Source of the DNA: Nitrososphaeraceae archaeon
GTDB lineage: Archaea > Thermoproteota > Nitrososphaeria > Nitrososphaerales > Nitrososphaeraceae
Direction: 5' to 3'
DNA: 64,000 nucleotides
Assembly: GCA_035643435.1 (NCBI GenBank)
Contig: DASQQK010000286.1
Span: 8,706 to 72,705, forward strand
Both the position numbers and the translations under genes were made by a program. Below the pieces are notes generated by a model that ran no database searches, had not been told where the DNA came from, and worked only from the letters and a program-made list of their open reading frames with translations. Shown piece by piece: positions 28,725-36,992 of this stretch (positions within the stretch are counted from its first letter, which is position 1; the number at the start of each line of letters is the position of its first letter).

Positions 28725-28869
28725 TCTCCGTATCGAATGAATTTACTGAATACTACTAGAAGTATTGGCGTTACTTTTTCAATCCTCTAACCACAGACAA
28801 CAACAAGATTTAATTTAAATAATCGTAGGAGTCTAGTACGATCTTGCCTTGAACAGGTTAAATGCGAAT

Positions 28870-28955
28870 GGTGGGGTGGCAGAGCGGCTATGCGTTCGCC
28901 TGCAGAATCGAGTGTAGCAAGCGAATCTATAAGGGTTCAAATCCCTTCCCCACCT
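28870..28955 (+). tRNA. tRNA-Cys (anticodon GCA) with ~14-nt intron at the canonical 37/38 position
   Basis: Acceptor GGTGGGG/CCCCACC, discriminator U, TGGCAGAG D-arm, anticodon stem TTCGC/GCGAA enclosing 21 nt (CTGCAG + aatcgagtgtagca + A). The intron segment TGTAG can pair with CTGCA. T-arm AAGGG-TTCAAAT-CCCTT. Confidence 0.7.
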
Positions 28956-29243
28956 TTAGTCAAAAATCCCAGTATCCCTCGGGTAGGTTTAAAATTAGTT
29001 GATTCGAAACTCGCGACGGGTTGCGTTTATTGCTAAATTAACCAGAATATGAGTGATTTCTCGTGAGCATAAGGGATTATCTCGGAGTGTAAATGGTATC
29101 CAACTCCATACTACATAGCTGAACCCCAATTGAAAGGGATAGTCTGAGTTGGTATCGCGATCGTCATTCCTTAACACTCATCCAGATCCGATAAATGTTC
29201 GTAAAGTATAGATATCCGCAAAAAGGTAAAATGTGTTGCTCTG

Positions 29244-29438
29244 ATGTACGAAGAGGATACCTCAATCACCATTGGAAAGCCGCAAACCGAACTCGATGAC
29301 CCAATAAATAGCCTTCTAGTTGTGACCAATAAGCTAGCAGATCTTGAGAGCCGAATGGATTACCAAAGCGCTGAAATAGAGGAGATCCAGGATAACCTGC
29401 GCAATATAGTCAGCCTACTCGAAAAGTTAAAGAAATAA
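29244..29438 (+). CDS. small coiled-coil protein, function unknown
   Basis: 64-aa acidic ORF with a heptad-like C-terminus (LADLESRMDYQSAEIEEIQDNLRNIVSLLEKLKK). Confidence 0.35.
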   Translation: MYEEDTSITIGKPQTELDDPINSLLVVTNKLADLESRMDYQSAEIEEIQDNLRNIVSLLEKLKK

Positions 29439-29535
29439 TACGTCGTTGTAAATGATCATCTACCTTTTAGAATATTCTGATCTGGCTGAAGGATTAGCGA
29501 AAGAATTATCCCTCCGAGGCCAGTCTATTTAGGAG

Positions 29536-29766
29536 ATGCGTAAGGTTACAATCCAAGCCCCCAGTAGAATTGCGACTGTCATAGAAGAAAAATTGAGAAG
29601 GAGATATGAAGTGAAGGTAGAGGTGCTCCCTGATAATCCCAAGACAGTCTGTAAGATTATGGCAAGGAAAAATCGAAAGTGGATTACGGTCTGCAGCTTC
29701 GCTTCGGACGAAAACATGCAGGATATTATTACGATGTTTGAAGTTAATTTACAATTAAGAAAGTGA
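29536..29766 (+). CDS. hypothetical small protein
   Basis: 76-aa basic ORF, co-directional with its neighbours. No motif recognised. Confidence 0.35.
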   Translation: MRKVTIQAPSRIATVIEEKLRRRYEVKVEVLPDNPKTVCKIMARKNRKWITVCSFASDENMQDIITMFEVNLQLRK

Positions 29767-29871
29767 TCGCAGAAGACGAAATCTGCTCATCAATCTATTA
29801 ATATCTGTACTTATTTAAGATAGGTTGGATTAAGATGCCTATATGTATAGGGGGTTCAAGTATGCGGATAG

Positions 29872-30303
29872 ATGCCTATCTGTATAGGTGTGTTTCAATT
29901 GAGTAATAGATGGGACGAAGACAAATTTCAGGAAGACGGTCTTCGTAGTAAAGTGCGAAGAAATTATATAAAAATTGCAAAGGTCGGTATAGCAGTAGGC
30001 TTTATTGTCGTAGCCGTGGTTGTATTGTCAGTATTCCTTCCAAGGGCTGGCGTAAGTATCGAAATAATAGAGCGAGAAGGATTGATTGGTTCGGTAACTG
30101 CAAAAATAAATAACAATAACTTCGATTCTCTGAACAATGTAGTGGTTAAGTTTGGAGAGAACGGATCTCCCCAGAGCTTAGGAAATATTGGTCCCTTTGC
30201 ATCTGTGTTTTCTTCTCCAAATCCAAGTGAATTGGAATTTGATCGTATTATTCTAACAGCAAATGATGGAGATGTTCGAGTAGTGAAGTACAGGAACCAA
30301 TAA
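29872..30303 (+). CDS. membrane-anchored protein, function unknown
   Basis: One TM (IAVGFIVVAVVVLSVFL) followed by a beta-rich ectodomain. Preferred over the antisense ORF 29964..30329. Confidence 0.45.
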   Translation: MPICIGVFQLSNRWDEDKFQEDGLRSKVRRNYIKIAKVGIAVGFIVVAVVVLSVFLPRAGVSIEIIEREGLIGSVTAKINNNNFDSLNNVVVKFGENGSPQSLGNIGPFASVFSSPNPSELEFDRIILTANDGDVRVVKYRNQ

Positions 30304-30564
30304 CTCGCTGTGACAGATCTTCGTAACATACCTATTGATTCTGCCTTGAGCTGATGTTAACAACTTTCTCAGAATCAGTATTTCAAAACAAACTTCCATA
30401 TCTCTAGAAATATTACGGTGGAAAGTATTTGCAAGGTTTGTTGGACTACTACACTGTTATCTTTCATCAGAATACACCATGCACAAATTTTCCTAAGGCA
30501 AGTGCTTGATACCTCATGCTTACATATAGAGCTATTGCATTCCTCATTTAATTCTTGACTGAAA

Positions 30565-30888
30565 TTATCTGTTTGACAGGCTTACTTGTGACTTTAATTC
30601 CTTTAATCTCGTCCCTAGATAGAGGCACGATGTAAATAGGGAAATTCCTATGATCATGATTATGAGGCTAATTAGAGCTGCCCTTAATGAGAATAATATT
30701 ACTCCCAATAGGATCAACTTAATTCCAAAGGCAAAAGCCCAATTGTAAGAAAGCGGTCGGATTCCATTCGACTCGATTGAACGATTAGCTTTTGCATCAC
30801 TGGGATCTGAAGGGCATAGTGGTGTCCGCCTCATGGATTCGGGTTTAGAATTTGAATGAATGACAGCTGATCGCTGGTTGAGCGTCAC
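30565..30888 (-). CDS. small membrane protein, function unknown
   Basis: GTG start. Two predicted TMs in the C-terminal half. Confidence 0.35.
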   Translation of the reverse strand: MTLNQRSAVIHSNSKPESMRRTPLCPSDPSDAKANRSIESNGIRPLSYNWAFAFGIKLILLGVILFSLRAALISLIIMIIGISLFTSCLYLGTRLKELKSQVSLSNR

Positions 30889-31105
30889 CCGTCAATTTCC
30901 ATAAAATCAAGATCGAGATGCGTATTTAGGAGTAAATACGCAAGCTCAATCATTTTTGAGTTGTTCAATTCAAAATACTATGCTCTTGTTATTAGAGTTA
31001 TTAATGATCCAGTTAGAGGATGGCCGGGGAGGCTATCCATTACTATAATCACATTTTTACCAGATAATTATTTATCTAATTGTGATTGTCTAGTCTCTAG
31101 GTGAT

Positions 31106-31987
31106 ATGCGGATAGCAGTTGTCCAAATGAAGTCAGATGTAGACAAGATACGGAACTTGGAACAATCAAAGGACTACATCAAAGATGCTCGCCGTAAAAA
31201 AGCAGATGTCGTATGCTTTCCCGAATTTCAAATGGGTTTTTCTCCGTCAGATCAAAAGCAGAATGAATTGCGAGAGATTTCTGAAGCGGTAAATACTGGC
31301 AATTTTGTGAAGTCATTAAGGCGATGCGCAAAAGAAAATACAATTGATATTATAATCACTACATATGAAAAATCTGCAACCAAGAACAAAGTCTTTGATT
31401 CTGCTCTTGCTATCAGAAAGGACGGTGCGATCATAGCTCGATACAGAAAAATTCATTTATACGATGCTCTGGGTTTTAGAGAATCAGATAAATTTCTTGC
31501 TGGAAATAATATTGAGAAACCTTTTCAATTCGAAGCTACAAGAATAGGCCTAATGATATGCTACGATATACGTTTTCCTGAGGTTTCTAGGATACTGAGC
31601 GTACTTGGCGCAGAACTTCTAGTAATCCCTTCGGCATGGGTGTATGGAGTTATGAAGGAAGAACACTGGCAGACTTTTACAAAAGCAAGGGCAATTGAGA
31701 ATGGAGTCCATGTAATTGCACCTAACCAGGTAGGAAACATATATACTGGTAGAAGTATGGTAGTAGACCCATTTGGCACCGTCTTGCTAGACTTGGGTAA
31801 TAAAGAAGGGATGGCGGTAGTGGAATTAGAAAAATCGGATATCATAAAAGTGAGAAGAAATCTACCTCTACTGAAGAACAGAAGAACTGATGTCTACAAG
31901 AAAAACCTATTTGCGTTCACACGTCACTATACCCGTAACATGATGTCCTCACCAACCGAATATAATCGCAGTAGTAAGAGAACATAA
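31106..31987 (+). CDS. carbon-nitrogen hydrolase (nitrilase superfamily / Nit-like amidohydrolase)
   Basis: MRIAVVQM..., CFPEF (catalytic Glu), RKIHLYD (Lys) and LMICYDIRFPE (Cys) form the E-K-C triad context of the superfamily. Confidence 0.85.
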   Translation: MRIAVVQMKSDVDKIRNLEQSKDYIKDARRKKADVVCFPEFQMGFSPSDQKQNELREISEAVNTGNFVKSLRRCAKENTIDIIITTYEKSATKNKVFDSALAIRKDGAIIARYRKIHLYDALGFRESDKFLAGNNIEKPFQFEATRIGLMICYDIRFPEVSRILSVLGAELLVIPSAWVYGVMKEEHWQTFTKARAIENGVHVIAPNQVGNIYTGRSMVVDPFGTVLLDLGNKEGMAVVELEKSDIIKVRRNLPLLKNRRTDVYKKNLFAFTRHYTRNMMSSPTEYNRSSKRT

Positions 31988-32037
31988 TTCAAGAATCACA
32001 GCTTACCTGATATGATTTGCCGTTGATACGCGTCTAT

Positions 32038-32268
32038 TTATTTTCTTCCATCTTGATCAAAGAATTGTGTCTGCTCTCTGATCTGTTGAGCAATTGGGTT
32101 AGGAAAATAAGTCTGGATGAAGAAAGCTACTGTGATAACTAGTATTAAAATGGTCAACGCAATAATTGAGGTGAGAGTATTTCCCGAGAGCATGGTTCTT
32201 AACCTTAGTATTGGAGGAATATATGTATTCCACTTGAAGACAACTAGATGTATTCCCGCTAAATACAT
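32038..32268 (-). CDS. small membrane protein (doubtful)
   Basis: 76-aa ORF with one clear TM (LTSIIALTILILVITVAFFI). Confidence 0.3.
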   Translation of the reverse strand: MYLAGIHLVVFKWNTYIPPILRLRTMLSGNTLTSIIALTILILVITVAFFIQTYFPNPIAQQIREQTQFFDQDGRK

Positions 32269-32301
32269 CTGAAAGTCGTACTGCAGAGATAATGCAATGG
32301 G

Positions 32302-33015
32302 CTATGGGAATACCTGCTCACCACTGTGTCTGTCAATGATTCTAATAGCCTTTGTAGGACAGGTTTCTGCCGCAGACAATATGTCTTCAAATGGAGCGCC
32401 GTCTTCTGATTCAATCCTAACTTTGGGATTTACGATCTTGTTCTTTTCCAATACAAATACTTTAGGTGCTAATACTTCACAGCTGCCAAAGGCCATACAT
32501 AACGAAGGTTCTACTAATATGTTGAAGCGTGCATCTGACCTGGGGCTTCTTCCATCATCCTCAACTATTGACTCGTCTGTTATTACTGTTGGATCCTTTC
32601 TTATTCTTGCGCTCAGTCTATCCCCGAATCTCTCGTACCTCCATTCATTGTACCCTTCCGTGGTATTTTGATTTGTCTGCTGATTGGGATTAACTGTGGA
32701 CCGGTGGGAATTTCTGGGCTCCGCTGAGGGATTTCTGAAGCTATCACGAGGTCGCTGACTTTGCCCTGATACTCTGGTTTCGGCATATGTGTCAATATTT
32801 CGTATAGGGCTTAATGCGTCATACTGTTTCCTCTTGTCTTTATCTGAAAGAATTTCATAGGCTATGTTAATTTCCTTAATCGTGTCTTCTGCATGGCTTG
32901 ATGAATTTCTATCAGGATGATGCTTTTTGACCAGTCGACGATATGCCTTTCTGATCTCGTGGTAGCTAGAGCCCTCTGAAACGCCCAGTGTTTTGTAATA
33001 TCCTAAGTGATCCAA
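32302..33015 (-). CDS. J-domain protein fused to a C-terminal 3-Cys ferredoxin domain
   Basis: The N-terminal [32 protein letters not shown] carries the HPD motif. A low-complexity linker follows. The C-terminal [20 protein letters not shown]...[10 protein letters not shown] has the Cx5C...CP pattern of single-cluster ferredoxins. TTG start. Confidence 0.75.
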   Translation of the reverse strand: MDHLGYYKTLGVSEGSSYHEIRKAYRRLVKKHHPDRNSSSHAEDTIKEINIAYEILSDKDKRKQYDALSPIRNIDTYAETRVSGQSQRPRDSFRNPSAEPRNSHRSTVNPNQQTNQNTTEGYNEWRYERFGDRLSARIRKDPTVITDESIVEDDGRSPRSDARFNILVEPSLCMAFGSCEVLAPKVFVLEKNKIVNPKVRIESEDGAPFEDILSAAETCPTKAIRIIDRHSGEQVFP

Positions 33016-33184
33016 GTATGCCTAATATCCATATAATCTGTCTGTCATTTATATCCTAATCTGCGCAATTTACTTCAAGATTGCTTATCAGAAGGATGAT
33101 TTCCGACAGCATTGGGCTTAGTACTGGCACCAAACTTAGGCATAGATGATGAAGCCAGGAGTGGAGTTTGATTTTGAAACAGAA

Positions 33185-33973
33185 TCATTGTGCCATCTGA
33201 TCTAGAATCCTGCTAATGATTTCGCTATTCCTATCCGCATAAACAGGTGATTCGATATCTAACCAATCTGTACTCTCATCAAGACTATAGGAATAGAGGT
33301 TGGCACCTTTCGGGGGCAGGTATGCTAATACGTCATGTGACAAATTAAAGCTACTCCTCAAGGTAATGGATTCTTGTTGTTGATGTAAATATTCGAATAT
33401 TCTTTTATTAAATAGATAAATCCCCAGCGCTTCGGGGGATTCCAGTTCAGCTACTGGTTTTTCAATAAATCCCTCTATCTTGTTGTAGTCATCAGGTTTG
33501 ACAATCACTCTCCCCGTCTCTTCATGTCGACGCTTCCTTGTTACTAGAATCCCTGTGATTTCCGTCCCGCTTTCTAGGTGCAATTTCAACGTATGATAGT
33601 AACCGACCAATTCCGTCAGATCTAAAGCACATAGATTATCCGCAAACCATACAAGAAACGGTTCGCTACCGCTCTTTATCGAATCCTCTGTTCTTAAAAC
33701 TGCTCCTCCAGTACCATTCTTTTTGTCCTCAATGAAGGAGATCTTTTTGAGGATTATGCTCCCTTTTCCTTCGAAATAGTTAATAATTTGCTTTCCAAAA
33801 GGATCGAACTCGCATACGATAATAATTTCATCTATTATTTCGAATCGAACAAGATATCTTACGACGTGATCTATGAGAGGTCTTCCTTCTATAGGAATCA
33901 TTGATTTAGGAACAAAATTACTAAATGGCCTTGCCCTTGTTCCTCTACCGCCTGCAAGCAGTACTACTTTCAT
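33185..33973 (-). CDS. sugar-phosphate nucleotidyltransferase (NTP_transferase family)
   Basis: MKVVLLAGGRGTRARPFSNFVPKSMIPIEGRPLIDHVV is the G-x-G-T-R-x signature of glucose-1-P nucleotidyltransferases. Confidence 0.8.
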   Translation of the reverse strand: MKVVLLAGGRGTRARPFSNFVPKSMIPIEGRPLIDHVVRYLVRFEIIDEIIIVCEFDPFGKQIINYFEGKGSIILKKISFIEDKKNGTGGAVLRTEDSIKSGSEPFLVWFADNLCALDLTELVGYYHTLKLHLESGTEITGILVTRKRRHEETGRVIVKPDDYNKIEGFIEKPVAELESPEALGIYLFNKRIFEYLHQQQESITLRSSFNLSHDVLAYLPPKGANLYSYSLDESTDWLDIESPVYADRNSEIISRILDQMAQ

Positions 33974-34112
33974 GATTCATCCTATCTGGCAACAGACTTT
34001 ATCAATTTTCGCGATATTAGGGAAAAAGTTAGATCTCACGTTATGCATTGTAGTATTCATTCATTCATTGTAGACATGGCAATACATCAACTTTACCTTA
34101 GTGGCAGAAACT

Positions 34113-34898
34113 TTAACTAAGTTTCTTGCCCAAGAAGTTCTCAGTATTCAAAGCGATGGTTTCAATTGTTTCTGAATATGGTATATCAAGAGTTTCTCCC
34201 ACAGCCATAGCTACTGTTACCAAAGAAGATGTTGGCAGTGCAGGTAAATCTAAAAAACATCTGGGATACCGAACAGGACCATCGGTCTCAATAAGAATTT
34301 TATCTTTGTCAGTATTTTTCAGAAGCACTCGCTTGTCCTTCGAAAATACCAAAGGGGGGCCGTATGAGACATACGCGCCTATGTCCATTAGAATGCGTAA
34401 TTGCTTCTTATTACCAGAGAACCAATGGAAGAGCAAGCTCATCAAGTTATAAGATTTTATTAAATCCACAATATCGTTCAGAGACTTTCTAGAATGAATA
34501 GATACTGGCTTATTCCATTTTTCTGCAATGCTCAGCATAGCTTGAAATACCTGTTTCTGTTTTTGATACGAGTTCCCTTTTGTTAATGTGTATGCAGGAT
34601 CGAGTCCGATTTCACCTATCCCCCCAATCAAATCAGAATATTCGGAATGAATTTCGATGAACTTCTCGATATCAGCTTCGTGGGCGAATTGCGGATGAAT
34701 CCCTATAAATTGAGTTACTATGTCATTGTTTGATTGGCCAAATGATTTAATTCCGTTGATAGCGGAAGCTGCATCTACTGTGACCGAACACACATGCATA
34801 TTCATTTTTCTAATGCTCACCAATATCTCATTTAAATATGAAGTAAATTCAGGATCGGATAGATGAACATGAGCGTCGCAGAGGGGGGGGATATATTC
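34113..34898 (-). CDS. TatD-family metal-dependent hydrolase/DNase (start codon unresolved)
   Basis: The supplied ORF (34113..34823, GTG start) lacks the N-terminal HxH motif. The same frame stays open to 34898 and encodes EYIPPLCDAHVHLSDPEF, the TatD metal-binding motif. No ATG, GTG or TTG lies upstream in that frame. A G8 run sits at 34883-34890. Confidence 0.7.
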   Translation of the reverse strand, partial: EYIPPLCDAHVHLSDPEFTSYLNEILVSIRKMNMHVCSVTVDAASAINGIKSFGQSNNDIVTQFIGIHPQFAHEADIEKFIEIHSEYSDLIGGIGEIGLDPAYTLTKGNSYQKQKQVFQAMLSIAEKWNKPVSIHSRKSLNDIVDLIKSYNLMSLLFHWFSGNKKQLRILMDIGAYVSYGPPLVFSKDKRVLLKNTDKDKILIETDGPVRYPRCFLDLPALPTSSLVTVAMAVGETLDIPYSETIETIALNTENFLGKKLS

Positions 34899-35024
34899 TC
34901 ACCCTTTGTATTGTGGTTAATCCCTTCTTATCAAGTTTACATCTTACATGTCTTCGTCTAAGCGTTGTGAAAGTTACTCACGAACTTACGACTCAAAGAA
35001 AAACAAGTTCCTTCATGTTTCGTT

Positions 35025-35252
35025 TCACATTCTTAGCACGGTCCTAGTAGCCAGACGAATATCCTCGGGTTTTATTGTTTTCCTGCCGGCATGTAGCGAC
35101 AACTCAACTGCGCTCTTGGCAATTTTTTCAGCTATTTGTTCCAGCACTATCCGTAGTTCGTTAGCGGCATCATCGCTCACCCTCTCCGCACCTGATTTTC
35201 TTATGATACGTTGCATCCCAGCAAGGCCCAATTCAGGTCCAGATGAGAACAT
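35025..35252 (-). CDS. archaeal histone (HMf family)
   Basis: ELGLAGMQRIIRKSGAERVSDDAANELRIVLEQIAEKIAKSAVELSLHAGRKTIKPEDIRLA is the canonical histone fold. Confidence 0.9.
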   Translation of the reverse strand: MFSSGPELGLAGMQRIIRKSGAERVSDDAANELRIVLEQIAEKIAKSAVELSLHAGRKTIKPEDIRLATRTVLRM

Positions 35253-35398
35253 AGTTACGTGTTAAATCCGAAACTGCGAGTATATTTTCAGTGCTGTCAA
35301 ATAGTTTAAATCATTTTGTGTTCTTTTACGAGCCGTAATAGTGATATGATTGAAATTATGTCGGTAGATGGAAGCGTATCAGCTTTGCCGATCGAATA

Positions 35399-36304
35399 GT
35401 GTTATGTGGAGTAAGACCAATGCCGAAGATAATTGTAGTCAACGACCGGCTTGTCAGCCGAACCATGCTGCCAAGATCAATTTCATCTCGAAAAGGTGAA
35501 AACGGGATAATGCTCGTAGTGGGAGCGAGCAATTTATACCATGGTGCCCCTTTACTCAGTTCGATGGCCGGTCTCAGATCTGGGATCGACCTTGTTTATA
35601 CCGCAGTACCACAAAGAAACGTTGTGGCCTTGAGGTCATACTCTCCAAATATTATTGTCATTCCCTTCCCACATGATTCGTTGGGTGTTACTTCTGCAAA
35701 GGAAATCCTCCGTGTTCTTCCAAAGAAACCAGACGCTGCTGCCATAGGAATGGGATTACACATAGCCGAGATCAAGGGACTCAGTCACCTGATTAATGAG
35801 CTGAAAGGCATGAGAACTAAACTCCTACTTGATGCTTCTGCTTTGATCCCAGATGTTCTAAACCATATTTCAGGAACAAATTCAATTATCACTCCACATC
35901 TTGGAGAATTCAAACGTGTGTTCTCGATGGAAAGCTCTATCCAATCTTTAGGACAGAATGCTAACCTTAAGATATTGAAATCAGCGGTGGTTGATATGGC
36001 AGAAAAATATGGCATCACTATAATCCTGAAGGGTGAATATAATGTGATAGCTAGTGCCGGAAATGTATCAGTGATTAAACGCAGTACTCCAGCGATGACT
36101 GTGGGAGGGACTGGAGATGTTCTGTCAGGACTGGTAGCGGGTCTTCTGACCAAATTGGATCCTTTTTATGCCTCTATTACAGGTATTTACATAAATGGTC
36201 TGGCAGCATTGCAGGGCTCAAAAAGGCTAGGTTTGCATCTCGTCGCATCTGATCTCATCGATAACTTGCCTTATGTAATGAAAAAATTTGACAAGACTAG
36301 GTAG
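35399..36304 (+). CDS. nnrD: ADP/ATP-dependent NAD(P)H-hydrate dehydratase (YjeF C-terminal domain type)
   Basis: RKGENGIMLVVGAS.LYHGAPLLSSMAGLRSGIDLVY and GGTGDVLSGLVAGLL are carbohydrate-kinase-like NnrD motifs. The ORF opens at a GTG. The ATG at 35420 is an alternative start. Confidence 0.8.
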   Translation: MLCGVRPMPKIIVVNDRLVSRTMLPRSISSRKGENGIMLVVGASNLYHGAPLLSSMAGLRSGIDLVYTAVPQRNVVALRSYSPNIIVIPFPHDSLGVTSAKEILRVLPKKPDAAAIGMGLHIAEIKGLSHLINELKGMRTKLLLDASALIPDVLNHISGTNSIITPHLGEFKRVFSMESSIQSLGQNANLKILKSAVVDMAEKYGITIILKGEYNVIASAGNVSVIKRSTPAMTVGGTGDVLSGLVAGLLTKLDPFYASITGIYINGLAALQGSKRLGLHLVASDLIDNLPYVMKKFDKTR

Positions 36305-36447
36305 CTCTAGTCTTATGAGTCAATTGTTATTTATGATTTCTGAATAATTCGTGTGTAATCAATCGAATGTTGCTCCTTCTGATACAGCTTCAACCCGAGT
36401 AAAATATATAATTGAAAAGACTGAGTAACTTAATATGGGAATATCCA

Positions 36448-36933
36448 ATGAGTAATCAGCGCATCTATGATCTTTATTTAAAGTATAAAGAAGTTTTGTA
36501 TTTTAACAAAAATCTAATAATTGCAGGAATTTCGTCTCTCTTGGTCGGGAGTTTAGTTACCCAGCTATATTCACAGACAGGAGGAAGCAACCTGGTAAAT
36601 TCTTTTGTCTCAATAGCTACTGAGTATAGCGTATTCTTTCCCATATTTGGAGTGCTTTTCTACGTCGACAATAGAAAGAGGTATCTAGATCCGGTTACGA
36701 AAAAGAGAGATTCCCGTAAGCTAAGGAGCGATATAAAGAAGTTAATAGCTACTTTTTCAGTCTCCGAAATAATTTATTTTACGTCAAAAGTTCTGATCCT
36801 TTATCAGCTTCTGCAGCTAGCTATAATATCTCCATATCAGACAGCAATTCTAAGTACTATGCTGTCATGGATGCTGTCCGCTATCACCATTAACATCATG
36901 ATTAGAATAGTAAAGCTAGTTAGAACCAATTAG
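36448..36933 (+). CDS. integral membrane protein, function unknown
   Basis: About four TMs. The ORF opens at TTG 36412. The ATG at 36448 is preferred because an aaaatatataa TATA-like element lies at 36401-36411. Confidence 0.45.
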   Translation: MSNQRIYDLYLKYKEVLYFNKNLIIAGISSLLVGSLVTQLYSQTGGSNLVNSFVSIATEYSVFFPIFGVLFYVDNRKRYLDPVTKKRDSRKLRSDIKKLIATFSVSEIIYFTSKVLILYQLLQLAIISPYQTAILSTMLSWMLSAITINIMIRIVKLVRTN

Positions 36934-36992
36934 TATTTGGGTAAGGCCCCACATCTGTCAGGCATTGTGATTACATCAATACTCCATCTATG

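Noticed and set aside
29964-30329. 121-aa minus-strand ORF opposite 29872..30303
   Set aside because: The plus-strand ORF has a clear TM plus ectodomain layout. The minus-strand translation is Thr/Ser/Ile-rich with no structure signal.
28725-31105. Integrated element targeting tRNA-Cys, and similar checks at tRNA-Ser, Phe, Gly and Val
   Set aside because: I found no duplicated copy of any tRNA 3' segment (att-like direct repeat) and no integrase. The islet is therefore reported only as 'accessory-looking'.
32297-32671. 124-aa plus-strand ORF overlapping the J-domain/ferredoxin gene
   Set aside because: It is antisense to an ORF with two recognisable domains, so it is a shadow ORF.
33143-33203. 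Possible C/D-box sRNA (gATGATGA ... CTGA)
   Set aside because: There are no recognisable D'/C' boxes at proper spacing and no terminal stem, and the D-box candidate lies inside the nucleotidyltransferase coding end. Other TGATGA hits (1024, 25014, 27608) also lack partner boxes.
34948-35265. 105-aa plus-strand ORF opposite the histone gene
   Set aside because: The minus-strand product is an unmistakable archaeal histone fold. The plus-strand ORF is Ser-rich and low in complexity.
35785-36153. Further antisense ORFs within confidently called genes (35785..36153 in nnrD, and likewise 43567..44022 in tfb, 56536..56889 in the AglH-like gene, and 61448..61738 in gatE)
   Set aside because: All are fully contained in strongly supported genes on the other strand.
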